From positions 320,001-384,000 of the forward strand of contig CAVSGM010000002.1 in the NCBI GenBank assembly GCA_963727485.1: DNA of 64,000 nt. The letters run 5' to 3'. Every line of letters starts with the position of its first letter. Position 1 is the first letter of the stretch. The stretch is from an uncultured delta proteobacterium. Lineage in GTDB: Bacteria; Myxococcota; Myxococcia; SLRQ01. A program made the translations under genes and the position numbers. The notes beneath the pieces were generated by a model. That model saw nothing but the letters and a program-made list of their open reading frames with translations, was not told where the DNA came from and made no database searches. Of the stretch, positions 1 to 10,751 are shown piece after piece.

Positions 1-285
1 AAGGTCACGGTGATGTTTCGCGGCCGCGAGGTCATCCACAAGGACATCGCCATCAAGCGACTCGAGCAGATCGCCAAGGCCGTCCAGGACCTCGCCAAGG
101 TCGAGAGCCCGCCGCGGATGGAGGCCCGGACCATGCATATGATCCTGGCCCCGGACAAGAAGATCACCGAGAAGAAGAAGGCCCCACCCAAGCCCAAGCC
201 GACCGAGGGCGCGGAGACCGCCGCGCCGAAGGCCGCCAAGGTCGAAGAGGCGGGGCAGGGCGCCCAGCAGCCCACCCAGGAGTGA
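1..285 (+). CDS. infC: Translation initiation factor IF-3, C-terminal part (5' end outside window)
   Basis: [10 protein letters not shown]...[15 protein letters not shown] matches the IF-3 C-domain; lies directly before rpmI-rplT. Confidence 0.93.
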   Translation, partial: KVTVMFRGREVIHKDIAIKRLEQIAKAVQDLAKVESPPRMEARTMHMILAPDKKITEKKKAPPKPKPTEGAETAAPKAAKVEEAGQGAQQPTQE

Positions 286-289
286 GAAG

Positions 290-493
290 ATGCCCAAGCT
301 GAAGACCAACCGGGGCGCCGCCAAGCGATTCAAGGTGCGCAAGAGCGGCAAGGTGAAGGCGAAGCACGCCAACGCCCGCCACATGCTCACCTTCTCCAAG
401 TCCCAGGGCCAGAAGCGGAAGCTCCGGGGGACGTACTCCCTCTTCGACGCCGACGCCAAGAAGGTCAAGAAGGAGCTCCTGCCCTACGGCTAG
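290..493 (+). CDS. rpmI: 50S ribosomal protein L35
   Basis: [15 protein letters not shown] signature; operon context. Confidence 0.97.
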   Translation: MPKLKTNRGAAKRFKVRKSGKVKAKHANARHMLTFSKSQGQKRKLRGTYSLFDADAKKVKKELLPYG

Positions 494-600
494 CCGCCGG
501 GCTGGAGTCCCACCCACCCAAGTCGGGCCGGTCCTCCGCCGGCCCGCTCCCTGCCACGGCCTGACGGGCTTGGTGCGCAGGGGACGAAAGGAAGAGCACC

Positions 601-951
601 ATGCGAGTCAAGGGCGCGGGTCCGCGCAGGACCCATCGACGCAAGCGCATCCTCAAGCTGGCCGAGGGCTTTCGCGGCCGGCGCAAGAACACCATCCGCC
701 GCGGCAAGGAGGCGGTCGAGCGCGCGCTCGCCTACGCCACCCGCGACCGGAAGCAGCGCAAGCGTCACTTCCGCCGCCTGTGGATCGCCCGGATCAACGC
801 CGCGGCCCGGCAGAACGGGATGAGCTACAGCCGGCTGGTCAGCGGCCTCAAGAAGGCCGGCGTCACCCTCGACCGCAAGGTCCTGGCGGAGATCGCCTAC
901 TCGGATCCCGCGACCTTCGCCGCCGTCGTCGACGCCGCCAAGGCCGCCTAG
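601..951 (+). CDS. rplT: 50S ribosomal protein L20
   Basis: MRVK...[27 protein letters not shown]. Confidence 0.97.
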   Translation: MRVKGAGPRRTHRRKRILKLAEGFRGRRKNTIRRGKEAVERALAYATRDRKQRKRHFRRLWIARINAAARQNGMSYSRLVSGLKKAGVTLDRKVLAEIAYSDPATFAAVVDAAKAA

Positions 952-973
952 CTTCCCTCGGAGGCGCCGCGCC

Positions 974-2110
974 GTGGCTGACCGCGAAGGGGCAGGGGGC
1001 GTCTCTCCGGACGCCCTGATCGCCGACCTGGAGGCGGCCGAGGGTGCCGCTCGCGCGGCCCTCGAGGCCGCCGTCTCGTCTTCGGGCGGGGCCGATCCCC
1101 AGGCGGCCGTGGAGGACATCCGCGTCCGCTTCCTGGGGAAGAAGGGCGAGGTCAGCCGCATCCTCAAGTCCATGGGGCGCATCCCTGGCCCAGACCGGCC
1201 CCGGGTGGGGCAGGTCGCCAACGGCGTCCGCGACCGCATCGAGGCGGCGCTCGCCGGGGCCCGGGAGGCCGCCGCCGGCGCCGCCCTCCGCGCCGAGCTC
1301 GAGGGCCCGGCCCTCGACGTCACCCTCCCCGGCCGGCCCCTGACCGTGGGGCGCCGCCACCCGGTGACCCGGGCCCGGGACGAGCTGGTGGAGATCTTCC
1401 GGCGCATCGGCTTCGACGTGGCCACCGGCCCGGAGATCGAGGGCGACTACTACAACTTCGAGGCCCTGTGCATGCCCCCGGACCACCCCGCCCGGGACAT
1501 GCAGGACACCTTCTACGTCGAGGGCGCGGTGGCGCCGCTGGCCGAGACCGCCGACGGCGCCGAGGGCCCGAGGCCCGGGCAGGGCCTCCTGCGCACCCAC
1601 ACCTCGCCGGTGCAGATCCGCACCATGCTCCGCCACCGGCCGCCGGTGCGGGTGGTGTGCCCGGGGAAGGTCTACCGCCGGGACTCCGACGTCACCCACA
1701 CCCCCATGTTCCACCAGATTGAGGGGCTCTGGGTCGACCGGGGCGTCACCCTCGCGGACCTCAAGGGCACCCTGCAGCTCTTCGGCCAGGCGTGCTTCGG
1801 GCCCGGCACCGAGATCCGCCTGCGCTCGAGCTACTTCCCCTTCACCGAGCCCTCGGTGGAGGTCGACGTGAGCTGCACCCTCTGTGGCGGCCAGGGCTGC
1901 CGGGTGTGCTCGGGGACCGGGTGGCTGGAGATCCTCGGCGCCGGCATGGTCGACCCCGGGGTGTTCGCCGCGGTGGGCTACGACCCCGAGGTCTACAGCG
2001 GCTTCGCCTTCGGCATGGGCATCGACCGGGTGGCCATGCTCAAGTACGGCGTCGACGACCTCCGCGCGTTCTTCGAGGACGACGCCCGGTTCCTGGAGCA
2101 GTTCCCGTGA
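974..2110 (+). CDS. pheS: Phenylalanine--tRNA ligase alpha subunit
   Basis: [39 protein letters not shown] motifs. Confidence 0.97.
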   Translation: MADREGAGGVSPDALIADLEAAEGAARAALEAAVSSSGGADPQAAVEDIRVRFLGKKGEVSRILKSMGRIPGPDRPRVGQVANGVRDRIEAALAGAREAAAGAALRAELEGPALDVTLPGRPLTVGRRHPVTRARDELVEIFRRIGFDVATGPEIEGDYYNFEALCMPPDHPARDMQDTFYVEGAVAPLAETADGAEGPRPGQGLLRTHTSPVQIRTMLRHRPPVRVVCPGKVYRRDSDVTHTPMFHQIEGLWVDRGVTLADLKGTLQLFGQACFGPGTEIRLRSSYFPFTEPSVEVDVSCTLCGGQGCRVCSGTGWLEILGAGMVDPGVFAAVGYDPEVYSGFAFGMGIDRVAMLKYGVDDLRAFFEDDARFLEQFP

Positions 2111-4592
2111 GGATTCTCCTACGCCTGGCTCACCGAGTACCTCCGGGGCGGCGAGGTGCCGCCTCCCGAGGCGCTGGCCGAGATGCTCACCCGCGCCGGC
2201 CTCGAGGTCGAGGCGGTGGAGCCCCTCGGCGCCGGGCTCGCCGGCGTGGTGGTGGGCGAGGTCGAGGAGAGCAAGCCGCACCCCGACTCGGACCACCTCT
2301 CCATCTGCCAGGTCTTCGACGGCACCACCCGCCGGCAGGTGATTCTGCGGCGCCCCCAACGTCCGCGCCGGGATGCGCTCGGCGTTCGCGCCCCCGGGGA
2401 CCACGCTGCCCGGCGACTTCCACATCGCGGTGCGCACGGTCCGGGGCGTGGAGTCGGCGGGGATGCTCTGCTCCAGCCGGGAGCTCGGCCTCTCCGAGGA
2501 GCATGAGGGCATCCTCGACCTCGGCCGCCGCGCCAAGATCGGCGCGCCCCTGGCCCGGCACCTGGGCCTCGAGGACACGGTGCTCGAGCTCGGGGTCACC
2601 GCCAACCGCCCCGACGCCCTCTCGCACCTGGGCGTGGCCCGGGAGGTGGCGGCGCTCACGGGCCTCAAGCTCAAGGCGCCGCGGTTCACCGTCGCCGAGA
2701 AGGCGGGCCCGGTGGCCGAGGCCGCCTCGGTGACCATCGAGGACCCCGAGCGGTGCGCCCGGTACGTGGCCCGGGTGGTCGAGGGCGTGCGCATCGCCCC
2801 CTCGCCGCCGTGGCTGGTGGCCCGGCTCGCCGCCGCCGGCGTGCGCGCCATCAACAACGTCGTCGATGTGACCAACTTCGTGCTCATGGAGCTCGGCCAG
2901 CCGCTGCACGCCTTCGACCTCGACGGCCTCGCGGACCACCGGGTGGTGGTGCGCCGGGCCGCGGCGGGCGAGAAGCTGCGCACCCTCGACGACGTCGAGC
3001 GCACCCTCGACACCGACGACCTGGTCATCGCCGACGGCGCCGCGCCCATCGCCCTGGCCGGGGTCATGGGCGGGGGCGACTCGGAGGTCAAAGGCGGCAC
3101 CACCCGCCTGCTCATCGAGAGCGCCTGGTTCGAGCCCACGGGGGTGCGCCGCACCGCCCGGCGCCACGGCCTCCACACCGAGGCCTCCCACCGCTTCGAG
3201 CGGGGCGCCGATCCCGGGATCGCCCGCCTCGCCGCCGACCGCGCCGCCGCCCTCATCGCCCGCCTGGGCCGGGGGAAGGTGCGCGCCGGGGTCCTCGACG
3301 TCCACCCGAGCCCCCGGCCGCCCCGGGAGGTGACCCTGCGCTACGGGCGCACCGACGCGGTCCTCGGGGTGAAGATCCCCCCGGCGACCCAGCGCGCCAT
3401 CCTCACGCGCCTGGGCTTCAAGGCGGCGCGCAAGACCCGCGAGGCGGTGGTCTGGGAGGTGCCGAGCTTCCGTACCGAGATGGACCGCGAGATCGACCTC
3501 GTCGAGGAGGTCGGGCGCATCCACGGCTACGACGAGGTCCCGGCGACCCTGCCCACGCGCGAGGCGAGGCTCTCCACGGTGGTGGGGTGGGACCGCAGCG
3601 CCGAGGTCGAGGGGCGGCTCCGGGACGTCGCCAGCGCCGCCGGGTGCCTCGAGGTGGTGAACTACAGCTTCGTCTCCGAGGCCGACGTCGCCGCCACCCT
3701 CCCTGCGATCCCCGGCGCGCCGGCTCCGGCCGACCGCCCCGAGGCCCACCCGGTGCGCCTCGCCAACCCCCTCTCCGCCGAGCAGGCGGTGATGCGCACC
3801 ACGGTGCTCACCAGCCTCCTCTCGAACCTCCGGAGCAATCGCCGCTTCCGGGAGACCGATCTCAAGCTCTACGAGCTCGGCCGCGCCTACCTCCGGGACG
3901 ACACCGACCGCACCCGGGAGCCGGCGCGCTTCGCCGCGGTGCTCTCGGGCCGCCGGGGGGCGCGCAGCTGGGCCGCCCCCGAGGCCGAGGTCGACTTCTA
4001 CGACGCCAAGGGCCTGGTCGAGGCGGCGCTCGAGCGCCTGGGCCTCACCGGCGCCCGCTTCGTCCACGATCCCGCCGCCGCCCCCTGGCTCCACCCCCGG
4101 TCCGCCTGCGTGGTGCGCGTGGGGGGCGGGTCGGACGGCGCGCGCGAGGTGGACCTGGGCTGGCTCGGCGAGGTGCACCCGGTGGTCGCCGAGGCCTTCG
4201 AGCTCCCCCGGGGGATCTTCGCGGTGGAGCTCGAGGTCGATCGCCTGGGCGAGCACGCCGAGCTCGCCATCGACGCCCACGGGGTGCCCCGGTTCCCGGC
4301 GGTCCTCCGGGACCTGGCGGTGGTGGTCGACGCCGCGGTCCCCGCCGACCGGGTCACCGCGCTGCTCACCGCCCCGGTGGACGCCGCCTCCGACCTCGGG
4401 GCCGAGGTCACCGAGGCGACCCTCTTCGACGTCTACGCGGGCCCCCAGGTGGGCGAGGGGAAGCGATTGCTCGCCTTCGCCATCCGCTACCAGGCCCCGG
4501 ACCGGACCCTCACCGACGACGAGGCCGGCCGCATCCACGACGCGCTGGTGCGCCGCCTCGAGGCCGAGGTCGGCGCGAGCCTCCGGGCCTAG
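2107..4592 (+). CDS. pheT: Phenylalanine--tRNA ligase beta subunit (two apparent frameshifts, ~2115 and ~2345)
   Basis: Removing one base at each GATTC restores [11 protein letters not shown] and [48 protein letters not shown]...RTLTD motifs; GTG overlaps the pheS stop. Confidence 0.95.
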
Positions 4593-4658
4593 GGCCGCGT
4601 CCGGTGGGCCGCGGTGTCCTCGCCGCGCTTCCGGTCCTGCCCCCGGTCATGTAGAACA

Positions 4659-4682
4659 CCCGGAGGTTGCGCCACCTCCGGG
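4659..4682 (+). terminator. GC-rich hairpin after pheT (no U-tract)
   Basis: CCCGGAGGT-tgcgcc-ACCTCCGGG inverted repeat. Confidence 0.3.
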
Positions 4683-4744
4683 GGATCACATCGGGGCGTG
4701 GCGTGTGGTTCCCGAACGCACGTCAACCGTGGGAGGACGAACGC

Positions 4745-5317
4745 ATGACCACCCCCGATCAGGGTATGCCCCAGGAAGCCCCTCCGACGCCGGGCCAGTC
4801 CGGCTCCAACGTCGTCGCGATCATCGCGCTCATCGGCGCCATCATCGGCCTGGTGACCTTCTGGATGCCGGTGGTGGGCCTGGTGATCTCCGTGGTCGCC
4901 CTCGTCCTCGCCATCGTCGGAATGAAGGGGGCCGCCGCCAAGGGTGGCAAGGGCCTGGCCATCGCGGCGCTGGTGGTGTCGATCCTCGGCACCCTCGGTG
5001 GCGGCGCCAGCACCGCCTGCGCGGGCCTCCTCGCCAAGGGCGCCCACGACGCCGCCCAGTCCAACGGCTTCCGCTCCTTCGGCGACATGATGAAGGCCGC
5101 GGCGGACATGCCCAAGAAGCTCGACGCCGCCGCCCAGCAGGCCGGCTTCAAGAACTACGCCGAGTGGCAGCAGAAGGACCCGAAGGCCGCCCAGGCCGAG
5201 GCCCAGAAGCTCGGCAAGGAGATGGGCCAGCGCATGAAGCACGACGGCGAGCAGATGCAGAAGGCCGGCGGCGACACCGGCGCGGCGCCCGCGGGCGGGG
5301 GCGGCACCGGCAACTGA
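4745..5317 (+). CDS. Membrane protein, DUF4190-like N-terminal helices plus soluble C-terminal region
   Basis: GGAGG RBS before ATG 4745; hydrophobic segments AIIALIGAIIG...GKGLAIAALVVSILG. Confidence 0.7.
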   Translation: MTTPDQGMPQEAPPTPGQSGSNVVAIIALIGAIIGLVTFWMPVVGLVISVVALVLAIVGMKGAAAKGGKGLAIAALVVSILGTLGGGASTACAGLLAKGAHDAAQSNGFRSFGDMMKAAADMPKKLDAAAQQAGFKNYAEWQQKDPKAAQAEAQKLGKEMGQRMKHDGEQMQKAGGDTGAAPAGGGGTGN

Positions 5318-5321
5318 CGCC

Positions 5322-6129
5322 GTGCATCCGTACCTCCTCCGCTTCACCAACCCGGTGACCGGGGCGGCAGGGGGCGTGACGACCTACGCCCTCTGCCTCT
5401 TCCTCGGCGCCGGGGCGGCCATCGTCCTCGCCTGGGCCCTGGGCCGGCGGCGGGGGATCCCCGGCTTCGACCTCCTCGCCGTGGGCGGCATGGCCCTCGG
5501 CGGGGGGCTCCTCGGCGCCAAGGCCTTCTACCTGGCCCTCAACGGCCCCGAGGTCGTCGCCCGGTACGGGTGGCGGGCGCTGCTCGCGCGGCGGCGGCTT
5601 CGTGTGGTACGGCGGCCTCCTCGGGGGCGCGGCGGCCGTCCTCCTCTACGCCCGGGCCTACGGGCTCCCCAAGGCCATCCTCGCGGACCTCGCGGCCCCG
5701 GGGCTCGCCCTGGGCCAGGCCTTCGGGCGGGTGGGGTGCTTCGCGGCCGGGTGCTGCTACGGGCGGCCGGCGCCGGGCTTCCCCCTGGCCGTGGTGTTTC
5801 CGCCCGGGGCGATCGCCCCGGCGGGGATCCCCCGGTACCCGACCCAGCTCTTCGCGGTGGCGGGGCTCCTGGTCCTCGCGACCGTCCTCGTGGTGCTGAT
5901 TCTGCGCCGTCCCGCCCTGCGCAGCGGGGTGGTGATCTGGATCTACCTCATGGCCTACGCGGCCCTCCGGTACGTGGTGGAGATCTACCGGGGGGACGAT
6001 CGGGGGCCCATGGTGGGGCCCTTCTCGCCGTCCCAGGTCATCGCCCTCGCGGTTCTCGCGGCCGGCGGGGTGGTGGCCGGACTCGCCCTCACCGGGCGAA
6101 GAAGGGCCGGGGCCGAGGCACGGCGTTGA
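5322..6129 (+). CDS. lgt: Prolipoprotein diacylglyceryl transferase family protein (frameshift ~5590)
   Basis: MHPYL N-terminus; GGFVWYGGLLG, LALGQAFGRVGCFAAGCCYG, YPTQL, RYVVEIYRGD motifs. Confidence 0.85.
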
Positions 6130-6154
6130 CACGGTGGTCGTTTTGTGGCGTGAT
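6126..6154 (+). promoter_or_regulatory. Putative sigma70 promoter for ihfA
   Basis: TTGACA at 6126, 17-bp spacer, weak -10 CGTGAT preceded by TG; RBS GGAGGA follows. Confidence 0.4.
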
Positions 6155-6180
6155 TTCGGCCGCCTAGGGGAGGAGCCGGA

Positions 6181-6457
6181 ATGACGAAGGCCGACATTAT
6201 CGAGAGCGTCTACAACAAGGTCGGGTTCTCCAAGAAGGAGAGCGCCGAGATCGTCGAGCTCGTGTTCGACACCATGAAAGAGACGCTCGAGAAGGGTGAG
6301 AAGATCGAAGATCTCCGGCTTCGGGAACTTCATCGTCCGGGAGAAGAAGGCCCGGATCGGGCGAAACCCGCAGACCGGCGAGGAGATCGAGATCAGCGCC
6401 CGCCGGGTCCTGACGTTTCGGCCCAGCCAGGTCCTCAAGAACGCCCTGAACGGCTGA
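6181..6457 (+). CDS. ihfA: Integration host factor subunit alpha (frameshift ~6307)
   Basis: MTKADIIE...; removing one base restores [51 protein letters not shown]. Confidence 0.93.
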
Positions 6458-6504
6458 CCTTGGCCTCGTCCCCACGCAACGCCGGCGGCGCCGGCCGGGG
6501 GTGG

Positions 6505-7035
6505 GTGGCCACCGAGTCCGAAGCCCCGGGCGGCGAGGGTGCGGCCGCGTCCAGCCCCGCCGGCACGTCCGAGTCCGCCGGCGTGACCGAGGCCCGGGCC
6601 CCCGAGGCCCCCACCGTCCCCGGGACCGATCTCCCCGGTGGCGGCCTGCGCCTCCCCGATCGCCGGTACTTCCGCATCGGCGAGGTCGCCGAGCTGGTGG
6701 GGGTCAAGGCCCACGTCCTGCGCTACTGGGAGAGCGAGTTCCCCGAGCTGCGCCCCAAGAAGTCCCCCCAGGGGCAGCGCCTCTACCGGCGCCGGGACGT
6801 GGAGATCGCCGCGGCGGTCTGCCGGCTCCTCCACGGCGAGCGCTACACCATCGCCGGGGCCCGGGAGCGCCTCAAGGAGCTGCTCTCCACCAGCCAGCTC
6901 GACCTCTTCGTGGCGCCGAAGGTCCCGGTGACCGCCCTCCAGACCGGCCGCCTCGAGTCCCTGCGCGACGGCCTCAAGGGCCTCCTCGACCTCCTCGACC
7001 GCCGGGCGGAAGATCTCACGGCAACGCGGGATTGA
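6505..7035 (+). CDS. MerR-family HTH regulator of the ihfA-associated type (start uncertain)
   Basis: YFRIGEVAELVGVKAHVLRYWESEFPELRPKK...RLYRRRD...YTIAGAR; conserved ihfA-merR-tRNA-Pro order. Confidence 0.88.
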   Translation: MATESEAPGGEGAAASSPAGTSESAGVTEARAPEAPTVPGTDLPGGGLRLPDRRYFRIGEVAELVGVKAHVLRYWESEFPELRPKKSPQGQRLYRRRDVEIAAAVCRLLHGERYTIAGARERLKELLSTSQLDLFVAPKVPVTALQTGRLESLRDGLKGLLDLLDRRAEDLTATRD

Positions 7036-7061
7036 CACCCCGCGCCTCCCGCGGTTACAAA
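7032..7061 (+). promoter_or_regulatory. Putative sigma70 promoter for tRNA-Pro
   Basis: TTGACA at 7032, 18-bp spacer, TACAAA, GC-rich discriminator. Confidence 0.45.
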
Positions 7062-7105
7062 CGCCCGCCCCGATCGCCGCGTGTTGGTCCGGGGCGGAAG
7101 AATAT

Positions 7106-7182
7106 CGGGACGTAGCGCAGCCTGGTAGCGCACTTGCTTGGGGTGCAAGTGGTCGCTGGTTCAAATCCAGTCGTCCCGACCA
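7106..7182 (+). tRNA. tRNA-Pro(GGG)
   Basis: CGGGACG acceptor stem, anticodon arm CTTGC-TTGGGGT-GCAAG, GGTTCAAATCC T-loop, encoded CCA; 77 nt. Confidence 0.96.
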
Positions 7183-7225
7183 CCGGCCGTCCCCGGGAGA
7201 TCCCGGGGGCGGCCGATTCAGTATC

Positions 7226-8002
7226 ATGAGCCGCCCGCGCATCCTGGTCTCCAACGACGACGGCGTCCGGTCTCCCGGGCTCCTGGCCCTCGCCGAGGCC
7301 GCCCGGGAGCTCGGCGAGGTCACGGTCGTGGCCCCCGATCGCGAGCAGAGCGGGGCGAGCCACGCCATCAGCCTCTACCGGCCGCTGCGCCTCACCCGGG
7401 TGGGCGAGGACGTCTGGGCCTGCGACGGCACCCCCACCGACTCGGTCTACCTGGGCATCCACCACGTCCTCGGGGGCCGCCGGCCCGACCTCGTCCTCTC
7501 GGGGGTGAACCTCGGCCCCAACCTCGCTGAGGACGTCTCCTACTCCGGGACCCTGGCGGCGGCCTTCGAGGGCTCGGTCTTCGGGGTGCCCTCGGTGGCG
7601 CTCTCCCTGGCGGGCGGGCCGCCCTGGGACTTCTCCCACGCGGCGCGCTTCGCCGCCCGCCTCGGGGCCCGGATCCTCGAGACCGGGCTGCCGCCGGGGA
7701 TCATCCTCAACGTGAACGTGCCCCCGGGCACCCCCGAGGGCTTCCGCTTCACCCAGCAGGGCCGCCGGGGCTACGGCGAGGCGGTGCAGGTGCGCACCGA
7801 CCCGCGCGGCCGGCCGTACTACTGGATCGGCGGGGACAGCAAGGACCACACCGACGTCCCCGGCTCCGACTGCAACGCCCTCCTCGACGAGGGCCTCATC
7901 TCCGTCACCCCCCTCCACCTCGATCTCACGGCCCACGCGGCCATGAAGCGACTCGAGGATTGGACGCTCGAGGGCTTCTCGCGGGTCGACCCCGCCGAGT
8001 AA
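7226..8002 (+). CDS. surE: 5'/3'-nucleotidase SurE
   Basis: ILVSNDDG, VVAPDREQSG, GTPTDSV, SGVNLGPN, YSGT motifs. Confidence 0.96.
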   Translation: MSRPRILVSNDDGVRSPGLLALAEAARELGEVTVVAPDREQSGASHAISLYRPLRLTRVGEDVWACDGTPTDSVYLGIHHVLGGRRPDLVLSGVNLGPNLAEDVSYSGTLAAAFEGSVFGVPSVALSLAGGPPWDFSHAARFAARLGARILETGLPPGIILNVNVPPGTPEGFRFTQQGRRGYGEAVQVRTDPRGRPYYWIGGDSKDHTDVPGSDCNALLDEGLISVTPLHLDLTAHAAMKRLEDWTLEGFSRVDPAE

Positions 8003-8054
8003 CCCGGAGGATCGCGACATCGACGCCACCGACACCCCCACCCGCCGGGGCCTG

Positions 8055-8705
8055 ATGCGCCGCCTCTACGACTGGACCCTCCACTGGGCCGGGACGCCCC
8101 AGGCGGTGCCCGCCCTGGCGCTCCTGGCCATCGCCGAGGCGTCGTTCTTCCCCCTGCCGCCGGACGTCCTGCTCATCGCCATGGCGCTGGCCCGGCCCAG
8201 GAAGGGCTTCTACTACGCAGGCGTGGCCACCGGGGCCTCGGTCCTCGGCGGGCTCGGGGGCTACGGCATCGGCATCGGGCTCATGGACGCCGTGGGCTGC
8301 CACCTGGTGAGCCTCTACCACGGCCAGGCCACCTTCGACTGGCTCGCCGGCCAGTTCACCCACTACGGGTTCTGGGCGGTCTTCGTCGCCGCGGTCACCC
8401 CGATCCCGTACAAGATCTTCACCATCACCGCCGGGGCGGTGCACATGCACCTGGCGACCTTCCTCGCCGCGAGCATCCTCGGGCGGCCGGTGCGCTTCTT
8501 CGCCCTGGCGACGCTGATCTTCTTCGTGGGGCAGCCGGTGAAGCGCTTCATCGAGAAGTACTTCAACCTGCTCTCGGTGGCCTTCGTGGTGCTCCTGGTC
8601 GCGGGGTTCGCGGCCTTCAGGCTCGTGGGACACGGGAGCTCGGCGGCGAAGGCCGGCGCGACCCGGCGGGCGAGCGCCTACGTGAAGATCTGCAGCGGCG
8701 GGTAG
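8055..8705 (+). CDS. YqaA/DedA (SNARE-associated) family membrane protein
   Basis: RRLYDW, AEASFFPLPPDVLL, TPIPYKIFTITAG, GRPVRFF. Confidence 0.88.
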   Translation: MRRLYDWTLHWAGTPQAVPALALLAIAEASFFPLPPDVLLIAMALARPRKGFYYAGVATGASVLGGLGGYGIGIGLMDAVGCHLVSLYHGQATFDWLAGQFTHYGFWAVFVAAVTPIPYKIFTITAGAVHMHLATFLAASILGRPVRFFALATLIFFVGQPVKRFIEKYFNLLSVAFVVLLVAGFAAFRLVGHGSSAAKAGATRRASAYVKICSGG

Positions 8706-8784
8706 GCCGGGGCCGCCGCCTGGCCGCGGCGCCCAAGGGCACAAGCCCGTGCCGAATTTGGCCGAGTGGTCTAGAGTGCCCGCC

Positions 8785-9300
8785 ATGGACCGCATCAAGG
8801 CGCTCATCCGCGACGTGCCCGACTTCCCCCGGGAGGGCATCCTCTTCAAGGACATCACCCCGGTGCTCTCGGATCCCGAGGCCTTCCGGGCGGTGGTCTC
8901 GGCGATCCAGGACCGCTACGCCGACGCCGGCATCGACAAGGTCGTGGGTATCGAGGCCCGGGGCTTCATCTTCGGCGCCGCGGTCTCCCACGGCCTCGGG
9001 GCGGGCTTCGTCCCGGTGCGCAAGCCCGGCAAGCTGCCCTACCAGACCGACCGGGTGAGCTACGAGCTCGAGTACGGGAGCGACAGCCTGGAGATGCACG
9101 CCGACGCCATCGCCAAGGGCGAGCGGGTCCTGGTGGTCGACGACCTGCTGGCCACCGGCGGCACCGCCTCGGCCACCGATCGGCTGGTGACGGGGCAGGG
9201 CGGCGAGGTGGTGAGCTTCGCCTTCGTCATCGAGCTCGGATTCCTCGGCGGCCGGGGCCGCCTCGGCGAGGACCGGGTCTTCTCCCTGGTCCAGTACTGA
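8785..9300 (+). CDS. apt: Adenine phosphoribosyltransferase
   Basis: PDFPREGILFKDITP, IEARGF, VRKPGKLP, VVDDLLATGGT. Confidence 0.97.
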   Translation: MDRIKALIRDVPDFPREGILFKDITPVLSDPEAFRAVVSAIQDRYADAGIDKVVGIEARGFIFGAAVSHGLGAGFVPVRKPGKLPYQTDRVSYELEYGSDSLEMHADAIAKGERVLVVDDLLATGGTASATDRLVTGQGGEVVSFAFVIELGFLGGRGRLGEDRVFSLVQY

Positions 9301-9319
9301 CCCGCCGGTCTGCGGCGGG
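9301..9319. terminator. Hairpin between convergent apt and tRNA-Arg
   Basis: CCCGCCG-gtctg-CGGCGGG. Confidence 0.35.
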
Positions 9320-9324
9320 CGGAT

Positions 9325-9401
<77 letters not shown>

Positions 9402-9457
9402 GTGCGCGGCCTGTCTACCGGCTCCGGGGAGCGGGCGCAAGCGCCAGGGAGGACCCG

Positions 9458-10750
9458 GTGGACCCGGCAGGCCTGAAGACCCGCGACGTGCCTCCGGAGG
9501 TCCTCGAGGTCCTGGGCCGCCTCGGGGACGTCGGGCACGAGGCGTACCTGGTGGGCGGGGCCGTGCGCGACCTGCTCCTCGGCGGGCCCCGGCACCGGAC
9601 GGCGGACTGGGACGTGGCCACCTCGGCGCCCCCGGAGGCGGTCATCGACGCCTTCCCCAAGGTGGTGCCCACCGGCCTCGCCCACGGGACGGTCACGGTG
9701 GTCACCCCCGGCGGCGAGCCCGTGGAGGTCACCACCTACCGGGGCGAGGCGGGCTACAGCGACGGCCGGCGCCCGGACGCGGTGGTCTTCCTCGAGGACA
9801 TCGACGCCGACCTCGGCCGCCGGGACTTCACCATCAACGCGCTCGCCTGGAACCCCCTCACCGGCGACTTCCGGGATCCCCACGGCGGCGTCGACGACCT
9901 CCGCGCCGGGCGGGTGCGGGCGGTGGGCGACCCGCTGGCGCGCTTCGCCGAGGACGGGCTCCGGGCGGTGCGGGCGGTGCGCTTCGCCTGCGTCCTGGAG
10001 TTCGCCCTCGACCCGCCCACCGAGGCGGCGATCCCGGCGCGCCTGGAGACGTTCCGGCAGGTGGCGGTGGAGCGGATCCAGCAGGAGCTGGTGAAGCTCC
10101 TCCGGGCGCGCCGGCCCGGGTGGGGCCTCGAGCTCCTCGACCGGACGCGCCTGCGCCAGGAGATCCTCCCGGAGGTGGCGACGAGCCCAGGGCGGCAGGC
10201 GGCCCTGGACGCGAGCCCGGCGACGGACCTCGGGGTCCGCCTCGCGGTGCTCCTCGCCGAGCTCGGGCCCCAGGGGGCCGCGGCGGTGCTGGCGCGCCTC
10301 AAGTTCCCCAAGGCGGTCCAGCGCCGGGTGGCCCTCCTGGTCGCCGAGGCCGACGCCTGGCAGGCGCCCGGGGGCGCCGCGGGCGGGCCCACCGACGCCG
10401 CCCTCCGCCGGTGCCTGGCCCGGGCGGGGCGGGAGGAGGCCTTGGCCCTCGCGGCCCTGTGGCGCGCCCAGGCGGCCGGGGAAGGGGACGGGGCGGCCGC
10501 CACCAGCGCCGCCGCCGAGGCTGGCCGGCGACTGGAGGCCCAGGCGGCCTCGGCGCCGCCCCTCGCCGCCCGGGACCTGGCCCTCTCCGGGGCCGAGATC
10601 ATGGCCCGCCTGGGGCTCGCGCCCGGGCCCGAGGTGGGGCGGGTGGTCACCTGGCTGGTGGAGCGGGTCCTCGACGATCCGGGCCGCAACACCGAGGCCG
10701 GCCTGGGGGGCCTGCTGGCGTCCTGGCAGGCCGACCAGGGTGGCGCCTGA
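9458..10750 (+). CDS. cca: Class II tRNA nucleotidyltransferase (CCA-adding family, no HD domain)
   Basis: LVGGAVRDLLLG, DWD, EVTTYR, RRDFTINA, RFAEDGLR, ERIQQEL motifs. Confidence 0.88.
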   Translation: MDPAGLKTRDVPPEVLEVLGRLGDVGHEAYLVGGAVRDLLLGGPRHRTADWDVATSAPPEAVIDAFPKVVPTGLAHGTVTVVTPGGEPVEVTTYRGEAGYSDGRRPDAVVFLEDIDADLGRRDFTINALAWNPLTGDFRDPHGGVDDLRAGRVRAVGDPLARFAEDGLRAVRAVRFACVLEFALDPPTEAAIPARLETFRQVAVERIQQELVKLLRARRPGWGLELLDRTRLRQEILPEVATSPGRQAALDASPATDLGVRLAVLLAELGPQGAAAVLARLKFPKAVQRRVALLVAEADAWQAPGGAAGGPTDAALRRCLARAGREEALALAALWRAQAAGEGDGAAATSAAAEAGRRLEAQAASAPPLAARDLALSGAEIMARLGLAPGPEVGRVVTWLVERVLDDPGRNTEAGLGGLLASWQADQGGA

Positions 10751-10751
10751 C

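Noticed and set aside
863..3256. Long antisense and alternative-frame ORFs (e.g. 863-3256 -, 2187-4538 -, 27741-30509 +, 55713-58151 +)
   Set aside because: Shadow ORFs typical of very high GC DNA; they overlap well-supported genes and have no recognisable motifs.
6181..7035. Apparent IHF-MerR fusion ORF
   Set aside because: Produced by a one-base insertion at ~6307; corrected ihfA stops at 6457.
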